Positions 1 to 8,574 of a stretch of DNA of 64,000 nt are shown here, piece by piece. Source of the stretch: Gemmatimonadota bacterium (GTDB lineage Bacteria > Gemmatimonadota > Gemmatimonadetes > Gemmatimonadales > Gemmatimonadaceae); assembly GCA_040389905.1 (NCBI GenBank), contig JAZJZK010000012.1:94929-158928 (forward strand). Direction: 5' to 3'. The position numbers and the translations under genes are program-made. Each line of letters begins with the position of its first letter. Position 1 is the stretch's first letter. The notes under the pieces were generated by a model. That model made no database searches. It was not told the origin of the DNA and saw only the letters and a program-made list of their open reading frames with translations.

Positions 1-3000
1 TCGCGAACCGGGCCCATCCGCGCGCCATACACGACCCTGACTTGAGCCCCGACGGCATCGGGGTTCGATGCCGGACCGTGCACGCGAACTCGTAGCCCCG
101 GCTTCGCTCCTCGATTGTGAAACAGGCGAGTGGCGGCACCATTTTGCGACACCACCAGATCGAGGCGTCCGTCGCCGTCATAATCGGAGAATGCCGCGCC
201 GCGCTGGTCGCCATATACGGTAATTCCAGCGTCGGCACCCGAAACGGGCGTCAAGCCGCCGTTGCCATCTCCACGCATGAGCAAACCCCGTCCGCCATCG
301 TACCGCTGCGTACCGATTGCCGTCGGAGAGAAATTCTCGCTCAGGAACAGGTCTTCCGCGCCGTCCCCATCGAAGTCCGCGATGCCCGCGTAGAAAGCGG
401 GCGCGAATTGCGCCTCGGCCGGCAGTGGCGCGGGCACGAAATGGTCGCCGCGGTTCAGGAAGACCATGTGATCGAGCGTCGACGCCGCCAGTTTTTCGAC
501 GCGATCCATCGAGGGGCCAAGAATCTGTTCGGCCGTCGCATCGGCGTACGACGCGAATCCGCGAATTCGACCGACGAGTTCCGGAAAGGCGACCCTCACA
601 CGCGCATAGCTGTTGAGCGGCGCCGCGCCCTTGATGCGAGCGTCGTCCCGCGCCAGCAGCATTTCCTCCTCGCCGGCGGCTCCGAATATGCCGTGATACA
701 GCAGCAGCGGGTGCGCACTGTCGGCGGGTGTCGCCGTGTTTCGGCCCCAACTCGTTGCGACGATATCGAGGCGCCCATCACCATCGAGATCGCCGACGGT
801 GATCCCGTTCCATCGACTCGTCCAACGCTCGAGCCCCCAGGACGCGGGCGCAGGGGAGAAACGACCGTGCCCGTTGTTGAGGAAAAGCAGGATCGAGCCC
901 CACTCACGCGCCACGAGGAGGTCGGGGTATCCGTCCCCATTCATGTCCGCGAACACGGCGGCCGAGACGAGACCCACGTTGTGACCGAGCGGCATGTTGT
1001 CGTTGTCGGTCACGAACTTGCCCGCATCGTTCCGGAAAAATCCGGAGGACGCCGCCACCGGATAGCGCATCGGAATGGCGCGCGATCCGACGAAGAGATC
1101 GAGATCGCCATCTCCATCGTAGTCAGCAAGGGCGATCGGACCTGTCGCCGACTCATGCGAGCCGACGACGGGATCGAGCTTGGCACCCACACCGCCACGA
1201 GTGGCGGCGATCGACACCACTGCCGGCTGGTCGGTCATCTCCGCCGGCGTCCGCGCCTGCCACGTCGAGATTCCCGCAATGAGGCGGGTGCCCTGTGCAT
1301 CGGCCATGCCGAGCACGGTCGTGAAATCGGCCGGCGCGATGGGGCCCTTCTGCATCGGCGCCAACACACCCCGCGTGTTCCGGAACACCGAGAGTGCACC
1401 GCCCTTCCCGGCGCCGATGATGAGGTCCTCCGATCCGTCGCGATCGATGTCGAACCAGGACACACCGGGACCCAACTGCGATAACGCGTTCGGCAGCAGG
1501 AACTGCCGGTCCCAGTCGTCGAAGGCGTCCTCGACGTGCATGTGGCCGCGCAACTGCGCGCTCGCGTCCTCGAAGAGTGCAGGCGCGGCGGCGTGACGCG
1601 ACGAATCTCTTGCGGCGCGCTGAGCCGCGGTTTTCTGCGTGATTTCGTACAGGCGATTCTTGTGCACTGGCATGGTCGTGCGCTTGCCGTCGCGCCAGTC
1701 CACGACGAGCGTGGCGGAATCGGCCGTCCCCATCGCGAACGATGCTTCGTAGTCGCTATGCGACATGTACAAGCCGCCCACCGACACCTCGCGCTGCTGC
1801 TTCGGCACCGCGCCACCCAGCAGCGTGATTTTCGCGCCCACAGCCATCGTGTTGGGCGCGTCGCCCACAAGGCGCACCGCAACGCGCGGCGCCGATGCAT
1901 CGTTGCGCATGATCAGCGCCGGCGCACGCAACCGGTTCACGACGACGTCGAGGTCACCATCCCCGTCGAGATCGGCCGAGGCGAGTGTGTGCGAAATGTC
2001 CTCCTCGGTGCCGAAGCGCCACTTCTCACTCACGTCCTCGAACGTCAGGTCACCGCGATTCCGATACGCGACATTCTTCAACTTGAGTGGCGGAAACTTC
2101 CAACGGAGCCGGCGCCAGTTCACGTCGTTGAGGCTGTTCTGAAGCCCCTCCTGCGTGTCGGCGTCCATGATGTCCCAGAGATGCCCATTCGCGATGAGAA
2201 TGTCCTGGCGCCCATCGAGATCGACGTCCATGAACATCGTGCCCCACGACCACCCGCTTGCCTGCACGCCGGCCAGTTCCGAAATCTCGCCGAAGGTCCC
2301 GTCGCCGCGATTGAGGAAGAGGACGTTCCGCTGCTGCTGCAGGGTGAGCTCCATCTCGCCCGGCTTCTTGGGCAGCGGCGTGTGTGTGGGAATCTGTGTC
2401 TGCAAGCGACGCGAATCGTTGCTCAGCATGTCGTCGATGAAGATGTCGGGATACCCGTCGCCATTGATGTCGGCGACATCCATGCCCATCGACGAATTGC
2501 TGACCTGCCGCTGCGCCGTCCATGGCGCGAGCCGGAATCCGCCGCGGCCGTCGTTGAAAAAGAGCTGGTCGATATCCTCGAAGTCGTTGGTGACGTACAG
2601 GTCTGGCGCACCGTCGCCATTCAAGTCCGCGAACTTTGCGTCGAGTGCGAACGACTCCTCGGTGTTCTCGAGGGGCTTCCCCGCCGCGTCGAGAAAATTG
2701 CCGGCCATGGGAAGCTGCGTGAAGCGACCTCCCTCGTTGCGGTAGAACTGATCCGTCGCGCCGCGCACGCTCATGCGCAGTCCGCCCATATCCGGACGCT
2801 GGGTGAGTTTGTACTCGTTCTGCCACTCCGGAACGATCTCGAACTTGCCCTTCGAAACCTCGCGGACCATCTGGTTGAAGGCACGCCGCTGCGGCGGGAT
2901 ACTGTCGTCGAGATTGTAGGCGCGATAGTTCGCGATGTACATCGCGAGACGTCCGCTGCCGTCGACGTCGGCCATCGTGACGGTCGTTCCGCCGTTCCCA

Positions 3001-3536
3001 TTCGGGTCGAGGCCGAGATCTCGACGCTCCGTAAAGACGCCGTGCCCGTCATTCACGAAGATTGCGTTCGGCCCACGCGTGGCGAGCAGGATCAGGTCGA
3101 GGTCGCCGTCTCCATCGAAGTCCGCCAGTGCGGTTCCCGTGGAAAACCGATCGCACGCGCCGACGCCAGCGGTCGTCGTGACGTCCTGGAATTTCCAGTT
3201 CCCGAGGTTCTTGTATAGCGCGCTGCACCCCTGAGTGCGTGCGAGAAACACATCGACCAGCCCATCGCCGTCGACGTCGCCGAGCGAGACACCGGCGCCC
3301 TGTCCGAGAATGCGGTTGCCGAGCAGCACGGAGTCATCGACGGTGTTCTCGAAGTCGATGCCCGTGGTGCGTTTCTCCATCCGTGAAAAGCCGGCGTTGC
3401 CGGATGGGACGTCGACATCACGCCACCGGTAGCCCGTCTCCTGATGCCATGCGGGGAGCGGCTTCGATGCATCGCACGCCATCGCGCCGACCGTGAGCGT
3501 CAGCGCGGCGAGCGCGCGGCGAGGCAAGAACATCAT
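1..3536 (-). CDS. FG-GAP/VCBS-repeat, ASPIC/UnbV (CRTAC1-like) lipoprotein; runs off the left edge (partial)
   Basis: Absent from the ORF track, consistent with no stop inside the window. Manual translation from ATG 3536: MMFLPRRALAALTLTVGAMAC (lipobox-like)...TGIDFENT...GVSLGDVDGDGLVDVFL...LYKNLGNWKFQDVT; the same frame at the edge reads DAVGAQVRVVYGARMGPVR, typical of the ASPIC/UnbV region. The middle was not fully translated. Confidence 0.88.
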   Translation of the reverse strand, partial: MMFLPRRALAALTLTVGAMACDASKPLPAWHQETGYRWRDVDVPSGNAGFSRMEKRTTGIDFENTVDDSVLLGNRILGQGAGVSLGDVDGDGLVDVFLARTQGCSALYKNLGNWKFQDVTTTAGVGACDRFSTGTALADFDGDGDLDLILLATRGPNAIFVNDGHGVFTERRDLGLDPNGNGGTTVTMADVDGSGRLAMYIANYRAYNLDDSIPPQRRAFNQMVREVSKGKFEIVPEWQNEYKLTQRPDMGGLRMSVRGATDQFYRNEGGRFTQLPMAGNFLDAAGKPLENTEESFALDAKFADLNGDGAPDLYVTNDFEDIDQLFFNDGRGGFRLAPWTAQRQVSNSSMGMDVADINGDGYPDIFIDDMLSNDSRRLQTQIPTHTPLPKKPGEMELTLQQQRNVLFLNRGDGTFGEISELAGVQASGWSWGTMFMDVDLDGRQDILIANGHLWDIMDADTQEGLQNSLNDVNWRRLRWKFPPLKLKNVAYRNRGDLTFEDVSEKWRFGTEEDISHTLASADLDGDGDLDVVVNRLRAPALIMRNDASAPRVAVRLVGDAPNTMAVGAKITLLGGAVPKQQREVSVGGLYMSHSDYEASFAMGTADSATLVVDWRDGKRTTMPVHKNRLYEITQKTAAQRAARDSSRHAAAPALFEDASAQLRGHMHVEDAFDDWDRQFLLPNALSQLGPGVSWFDIDRDGSEDLIIGAGKGGALSVFRNTRGVLAPMQKGPIAPADFTTVLGMADAQGTRLIAGISTWQARTPAEMTDQPAVVSIAATRGGVGAKLDPVVGSHESATGPIALADYDGDGDLDLFVGSRAIPMRYPVAASSGFFRNDAGKFVTDNDNMPLGHNVGLVSAAVFADMNGDGYPDLLVAREWGSILLFLNNGHGRFSPAPASWGLERWTSRWNGITVGDLDGDGRLDIVATSWGRNTATPADSAHPLLLYHGIFGAAGEEEMLLARDDARIKGAAPLNSYARVRVAFPELVGRIRGFASYADATAEQILGPSMDRVEKLAASTLDHMVFLNRGDHFVPAPLPAEAQFAPAFYAGIADFDGDGAEDLFLSENFSPTAIGTQRYDGGRGLLMRGDGNGGLTPVSGADAGITVYGDQRGAAFSDYDGDGRLDLVVSQNGAATRLFHNRGAKPGLRVRVHGPASNPDAVGAQVRVVYGARMGPVR

Positions 3537-3607
3537 TCGGAAATCGGTGCGCGTGGGAAAATGCGGTCCGCTAAAGCTAACCGCCGGACCCAAACCCCAA
3601 GCTGCGC

Positions 3608-4150
3608 TTATCCCTTCAGGCGTCCCTTGACCGACTCGAGGATGCGCTTCTCGAGCTCGTATTTCGAGGTACAGCGCACGAACGCACCCGACACGGTCAT
3701 GGGACGGCCCATCGCTTCGAGCAGTGTCCCCACCTTCGCCGTGCCGTCCGGCTGCTGCTCCACCTGCGTCCGAACACTCAGGCGGACGTCGTACGAGTCG
3801 GCACTCGGAAACCCCTGGGCAGAGCCGCAGTCGATGAATTTTCCGAGGTTCGTCGTTCCCAGGTTCTTGTGCACCTTCGCTCCCGAGGTGGCGATCACTC
3901 GCGTCTTCTCGTCGACCTCGGACAGTGGGAGCGAGAGACTGTCGTAGATGGCGGGGAGTACGGCCCACACGTTCGCCGCGGAATAGGGCACGGCAAAGAA
4001 CTGCGCCCCGTCGTTCGAACGCATCGTCAGGCCCCCGGCGCCGCCGCCGCCCGCGGCGCGGAGGGTTCCTTCCGACGTGGAGGAGAGACCGCTATTCGAC
4101 GCGCACGCGGCGGCGGCAAGACAGCAGCAGATGGCAGCCAGCGTGCGCAT
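3608..4150 (-). CDS. hypothetical lipoprotein
   Basis: Start re-assigned to ATG 4150 (GAGAGGAA upstream); MRTLAAICCCLAAAAC lipoprotein-like signal; Cys pair (IDCG...RCTS). Confidence 0.75.
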   Translation of the reverse strand: MRTLAAICCCLAAAACASNSGLSSTSEGTLRAAGGGGAGGLTMRSNDGAQFFAVPYSAANVWAVLPAIYDSLSLPLSEVDEKTRVIATSGAKVHKNLGTTNLGKFIDCGSAQGFPSADSYDVRLSVRTQVEQQPDGTAKVGTLLEAMGRPMTVSGAFVRCTSKYELEKRILESVKGRLKG

Positions 4151-4227
4151 ACAGATTCCTCTCGGTGGGTGGGATGCCTGACGATATGCACCCGTCGTTG
4201 TTCTGTCCAGCGGATACAACTTTGTAC

Positions 4228-4761
4228 TCAACCGCGTCCGCCGAGCTTCTCGCGAAGCATCTTCTCCGATTCGTCATTCTGGCACTTGAGCATGTCGGCG
4301 GCCGTCTTCTTCTGCGAGTCGTCGAGAATCGGGAGCGCGGCGTTCAGGGCTTCCTCGTAATTCGCCTTGATCTCGGCCAGTACCGCCTTGAGGCCAGCGC
4401 GCGCATTGAGCATGCGCGGGAGGTCCTCCTCGCTCGCCCGCGCCGCCGGCTTCATCTCGGTGCGAATGGAGTCGAGCGTCTTGAACGGCGGTTCATTCTT
4501 GCCCTTCACCTTCGCGTCGATGTCCTTCAACTGCGTCAGCTGCGCGTCGGTCAGTTTCAGGTCTCCACGCTTGTCGATGAGGAAACGCAACGGATTCGTG
4601 CTTTCCACGTCCTTGTTCGAGAGCTGGAGTCCTTTCCCCTGCTCCTTCGTGATCTTGTCCCAATCGGCTTCCTTGTCGCCGCGCATCCTGCCCTTTCCCT
4701 GGGCGGCCATGAGGGACGGAAGCAGAACGAGTGCGAAGACTGCGAGCTTTCTATTGACCAT
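4228..4761 (-). CDS. secreted alpha-helical protein, possibly Spy/CpxP (LTxxQ)-like
   Basis: ATG 4761 with GAGGAA RBS; signal peptide MVNRKLAVFALVLLPSLMAAQ; LKLTDAQ motif; charged helical body. Confidence 0.65.
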   Translation of the reverse strand: MVNRKLAVFALVLLPSLMAAQGKGRMRGDKEADWDKITKEQGKGLQLSNKDVESTNPLRFLIDKRGDLKLTDAQLTQLKDIDAKVKGKNEPPFKTLDSIRTEMKPAARASEEDLPRMLNARAGLKAVLAEIKANYEEALNAALPILDDSQKKTAADMLKCQNDESEKMLREKLGGRG

Positions 4762-4932
4762 TTTGACGTTCCTCGGCTGAAGATTGGTGGACCGGGGCAG
4801 GATCGTGCGCGGCAAGCGCGGCGCGCGCACGTGACAGATATTGAGAAATACCTGCGCGAGACGCAAATCGTTGAAATCTTGCGCAGCCCTCCCTCTTTGT
4901 ATACATAGCGCTTGACGCTCATCCGATCAGCG

Positions 4933-6195
4933 ATGCCCTTCCGGCCCGGCCACACGCTTCTTGCCTTCGTGCTCGCGGTTGCGGCGTGCGTGCCGGGCGT
5001 TCGCCGTAGCCCGACGCTTCTCGCGACGCCGTCCGCAGTGATCGACGCTCGAAAGAGCGCCGTCATCGCGGCGCACGAGCGGCTTCAGGGTGCGCTGGAT
5101 GATCTCGATAGCGCTGGCATCGCCGCCGTACTCGACCGCGATGCGCATGTCATCATGGTGCGAGGCGACACGGTGCGAGGTGACGCGATGCGGCGCTTCC
5201 TGATGAACGTCGCGGCCGATCGTTCGCAACGGCTCATTTTAGCGCCGGCGCGCCTCGAACAGTGCACCGACGGCACGGTATTGGAATACGACGGCGATTT
5301 TGTCGGGCCGCGGCGAATCGGCACCGAGATCGCGGGCCGATACGACATCCTCTGGACGGTACGCGAGGATTGGGCGACGGTGCACAGCGTGTATCTCGGG
5401 GCGACGCGCTTGTCGGTGCGCGGACAGCTCCCATGCGCGCCAGAGTTTCGGACGGCCGCTGGCCAGCAGCGCTTCACCTTCTCCCTTGCCGCACTCGGCA
5501 ATCCTTTCGGGCTGTCGTCGGTGGGACAGGGCGTGGCGAATGCGATGCGGGCCCAGGGGCTCTCGTACGCGAGCCGCCAGGAGAACGTGTCCGGACCGCT
5601 CGCCGACCCCTTTCCACAGAGTCATCCGTCACTCGGCGGGATTTCGGCGAGCCTCGTCGCTCGCTCGACGCGCGAACTGTCGGGCGAGCTGCTCCTGACC
5701 GCGCGAACGCAGGAAATAGCCAGCGGGTACGACAGCGCGTCTTCGCGCTTCGTGGAGATCACGAGCGCGCCCGTGACCCTGGCGGCCCTGGCACAGTATC
5801 AACGCGGCGCAGTCCGCGTTGGAATAGGGCCCGCATTGCTTTTCGGACGCTTCACGACGCGCGAAGAACAACGCTCGATTGGATTCCTCAAGCGAAGTGC
5901 TGGCGGCATCAACCAATCGACCACCGGAAACCCACTCTACCGCGAATTGCTGGTATCCTATTTCGAAAACGGCACCGCCGCACCGCAGTCCGCGGCGAGC
6001 CGTGCGACGGCGGCGGGGCTCGCCGCGGATGCGGCGTTCATCGTTCCGCTGACTCGACGCACGCTCGTCGAGTTGCACCTGAGCGGCTCCGCCTTCGCTC
6101 CCGCGGCGGTTCCATCGACATCGGGCTTCCGTGGCGTCAGTGTCTCCGCCCGCTACTTCACGCTGGGTTTCTCCCTGAGCCGGGGATGGGAATGA
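4933..6195 (+). CDS. putative lipoprotein: NTF2/SnoaL-like N-terminal region plus beta-strand-rich (outer-membrane-barrel-like) C-terminus
   Basis: MPFRPGHTLLAFVLAVAAC; alternating hydrophobic strands ending FTLGFSLSRGWE; stop overlaps next start (ATGA 6192-6195). Domain calls are tentative. Confidence 0.6.
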   Translation: MPFRPGHTLLAFVLAVAACVPGVRRSPTLLATPSAVIDARKSAVIAAHERLQGALDDLDSAGIAAVLDRDAHVIMVRGDTVRGDAMRRFLMNVAADRSQRLILAPARLEQCTDGTVLEYDGDFVGPRRIGTEIAGRYDILWTVREDWATVHSVYLGATRLSVRGQLPCAPEFRTAAGQQRFTFSLAALGNPFGLSSVGQGVANAMRAQGLSYASRQENVSGPLADPFPQSHPSLGGISASLVARSTRELSGELLLTARTQEIASGYDSASSRFVEITSAPVTLAALAQYQRGAVRVGIGPALLFGRFTTREEQRSIGFLKRSAGGINQSTTGNPLYRELLVSYFENGTAAPQSAASRATAAGLAADAAFIVPLTRRTLVELHLSGSAFAPAAVPSTSGFRGVSVSARYFTLGFSLSRGWE

Positions 6196-8573
6196 GAATA
6201 TCGCGCTGGGTGATTGGGTGGATCGTCCTGATGCTCACACCGCTCGCGGCGAGTGCGCAGGTGCTTCGCGGACTGGTCGTGGATCGCACGGACCGGCCGG
6301 TGGGCGGCGTGATCGTGGTGCTCGTGGACAGTGCGTCGTCGGTCGCGGCCCGATCGTTGACCAACGAGCGCGGAGAGTACCGCCTCGCGGCCGGACGCGC
6401 CGGCGTTTTCACCGTCCGCACACTCCGCATCGGATTCCGCCCTGAAACGAGTGACCCGATCGCGCTGGCTGCTGGAGCAGACGTCACGAAGCGTATTACG
6501 CTGACCGGGGTCGCATTCGGGCTCGATACCCTTCGCGTGGTGAGCCAGAATGTGTGCCGCAACTTTTCACAGTCCGGTGCCGCGACCTACGCGGTGTGGG
6601 AACAGGTGCGCGGAGCGTTGACGGCTGCACAGCTGACCAGCAGCGCGCGCGCGATTGCGGTGACGTCGGTGCTGTTCGAGCGTTCGATGCTCGCCCGGAG
6701 CCGCCGCGTTCGCAAACAGTCGTCCCGCGTCCAGGTGGGTTTCGTTGCGCAACCGTGGGCCGCCTTGTCGCCCGACAGTCTTCACCGCACCGGCTATATC
6801 GCCAAAACACGCGATAACGAGACGATCTACTACGCCCCCGGTCTCGATATGCTGCTGTCGGACGTGTTCGTCGTCGACCACTGCTTTCGTCTCACCTCCG
6901 AGAAGGAGCGGCTTGGCGTGGTCTTCGAGCCGACGCGCGATCGCCGCAACGTGCCAGAGATTCGCGGAACGCTGTGGCTCGACCGTGCGACGTCCGAGCT
7001 TCGCTCGATGGAGCTGCGCTATGTGAACGTGGACTCGTATCAGGAAGACGCGGGCGCGGACATGGAGTTCGTGCGCTTCAAGGAAGGCGGGTGGGTCATC
7101 TCACGGTGGTCCATCCGCATGCCCGTGCTCGAACAGGTCGTTCGGCCACAACAGTATGGTGGAACGCAGATCCAAGTATCCGAGGTTTTTGTCACCGGCG
7201 GGGAGATCGTTCTCGCGCGGCGCGGTCAGGACACCCTCTGGGCGCAGCCACCACGTGTGCTCAGCGGACGCCTCGTGGACTCCCTGTCAGGCGACGACGT
7301 GTCGAATGCTCGCGTGAAACTGAGTGGCACCACACTCGAGGGCACGAGCGACGACCGAGGACGCTTTCACATCGGCGGCGTGCTTCCAGGCGAGTATACG
7401 GCGGAAGTCCGGACCGTGTCACTCGATTCCGTGAGTGCGGTGCATCAGGCTGATATCACCTTTACGGACGCTTCCGAAACGCACGAGATTCGCGTCCCAA
7501 CGGCGAAACAAATCACGGCGTCCGTCTGCGGGTCATCGGAGCAGACGCCGGGCATCGTCTTTGGTACGGTTCGCCTCCGGGGGGATTCGACGCCCCCGCG
7601 TGGGGCACTTGTCACCGCGCACTGGACGAACATTGGGCTCGCTGAATCGATCGTCGGGGTGAGCGTCACTCGTGATGTCAGACATCTCGACACGCGTGCA
7701 GACGCGCACGGACTCTTCCGGCTTTGCGGTGTTCCTGCGAGGACGGACCTCACCGTGATCGCGGGAACAGATTCCGCGGAGGGGGAACCGGTGTCTACGA
7801 GTATCCCGGTGTCGGGTGGGTTCGCGCGCGTGGAGCTTCCCATGCATCGCATTGCGCGAGCGCTTGCGATCTTCACCGGAACGGTCATGATCGATTCCAC
7901 GAAGCGGCCAATCGCCGGTGCGCAAGTGCTGTTTCCTGACCTCGGGATCTCCGCCACAACCAACGAGCGTGGAGAGTTCCGTGTCGCCGACGTTCCCGCG
8001 GGGACGCACAAGCTGTCCGTCCGCCAACTCGGGTTCGGACCGCTCGATGCACAGGTTACGCTGCTCTCCGGCCAACGGGTTGAGAAGAACGTGTACCTCT
8101 CGCGCGTGTCGACACTGGAAACGATGGCCGTCGTTGAGAACGCGCTCAATCCAAGCTTCGAGGAACACCGGCGCCTCGGACTCGGTAGCTTCCTCACGCG
8201 AGAGGACCTGGCAAAGCACGACGGCGCGGCCTTGGCTGGCGCGCTCGCGAATCTGCGCGGCATTCAGCTCGTGTCCGGAACGGGCGGGCACGTCGCCGTT
8301 GCGAATACGCGAGTTCACACCTTTGGCGGTAGTGACTTGAAGTCCGACACGCGCCGCGGCTTCAAGCTCGCGTGCTACGCGCACGTGTACGTCGACAACC
8401 TGCCCGTTTACACGGGTCGTGACGGGCAGGACATCGTGGACCTCATGGAGTATCCACCCGAGCGCATTCAATCGATCGAGTTCTATTCCAATCCAGCCCA
8501 AACGCCCGCGAAGTACAGTGCGCTGAATTCCTCGTGCGGCGTCATCGTCATCTGGACGAGGGGGTTGAAGTAG
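6192..8573 (+). CDS. secreted CarboxypepD_reg-like repeat protein with C-terminal TonB-plug-like domain (paralogue A1)
   Basis: Start re-assigned to ATG 6192 (signal MRISRWVIGWIVLMLTPLAASAQ); repeated G.V.D...TNERGEY/F modules; FEEHRRLGLGSFLTREDL...IEFY...CGVIVIWT at the end. Confidence 0.85.
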   Translation: MRISRWVIGWIVLMLTPLAASAQVLRGLVVDRTDRPVGGVIVVLVDSASSVAARSLTNERGEYRLAAGRAGVFTVRTLRIGFRPETSDPIALAAGADVTKRITLTGVAFGLDTLRVVSQNVCRNFSQSGAATYAVWEQVRGALTAAQLTSSARAIAVTSVLFERSMLARSRRVRKQSSRVQVGFVAQPWAALSPDSLHRTGYIAKTRDNETIYYAPGLDMLLSDVFVVDHCFRLTSEKERLGVVFEPTRDRRNVPEIRGTLWLDRATSELRSMELRYVNVDSYQEDAGADMEFVRFKEGGWVISRWSIRMPVLEQVVRPQQYGGTQIQVSEVFVTGGEIVLARRGQDTLWAQPPRVLSGRLVDSLSGDDVSNARVKLSGTTLEGTSDDRGRFHIGGVLPGEYTAEVRTVSLDSVSAVHQADITFTDASETHEIRVPTAKQITASVCGSSEQTPGIVFGTVRLRGDSTPPRGALVTAHWTNIGLAESIVGVSVTRDVRHLDTRADAHGLFRLCGVPARTDLTVIAGTDSAEGEPVSTSIPVSGGFARVELPMHRIARALAIFTGTVMIDSTKRPIAGAQVLFPDLGISATTNERGEFRVADVPAGTHKLSVRQLGFGPLDAQVTLLSGQRVEKNVYLSRVSTLETMAVVENALNPSFEEHRRLGLGSFLTREDLAKHDGAALAGALANLRGIQLVSGTGGHVAVANTRVHTFGGSDLKSDTRRGFKLACYAHVYVDNLPVYTGRDGQDIVDLMEYPPERIQSIEFYSNPAQTPAKYSALNSSCGVIVIWTRGLK

Positions 8574-8574
8574 G

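Noticed and set aside
117..3218. Long + strand ORFs 117-1484 and 1536-3218
   Set aside because: Antisense shadows of the minus-strand FG-GAP/UnbV gene, which carries the recognisable motifs.
5262..6191. 310-aa N-terminal extension of the 1103-aa ORF
   Set aside because: Arg-rich off-frame overlap with the 4933-6195 gene; the signal peptide begins at ATG 6192.
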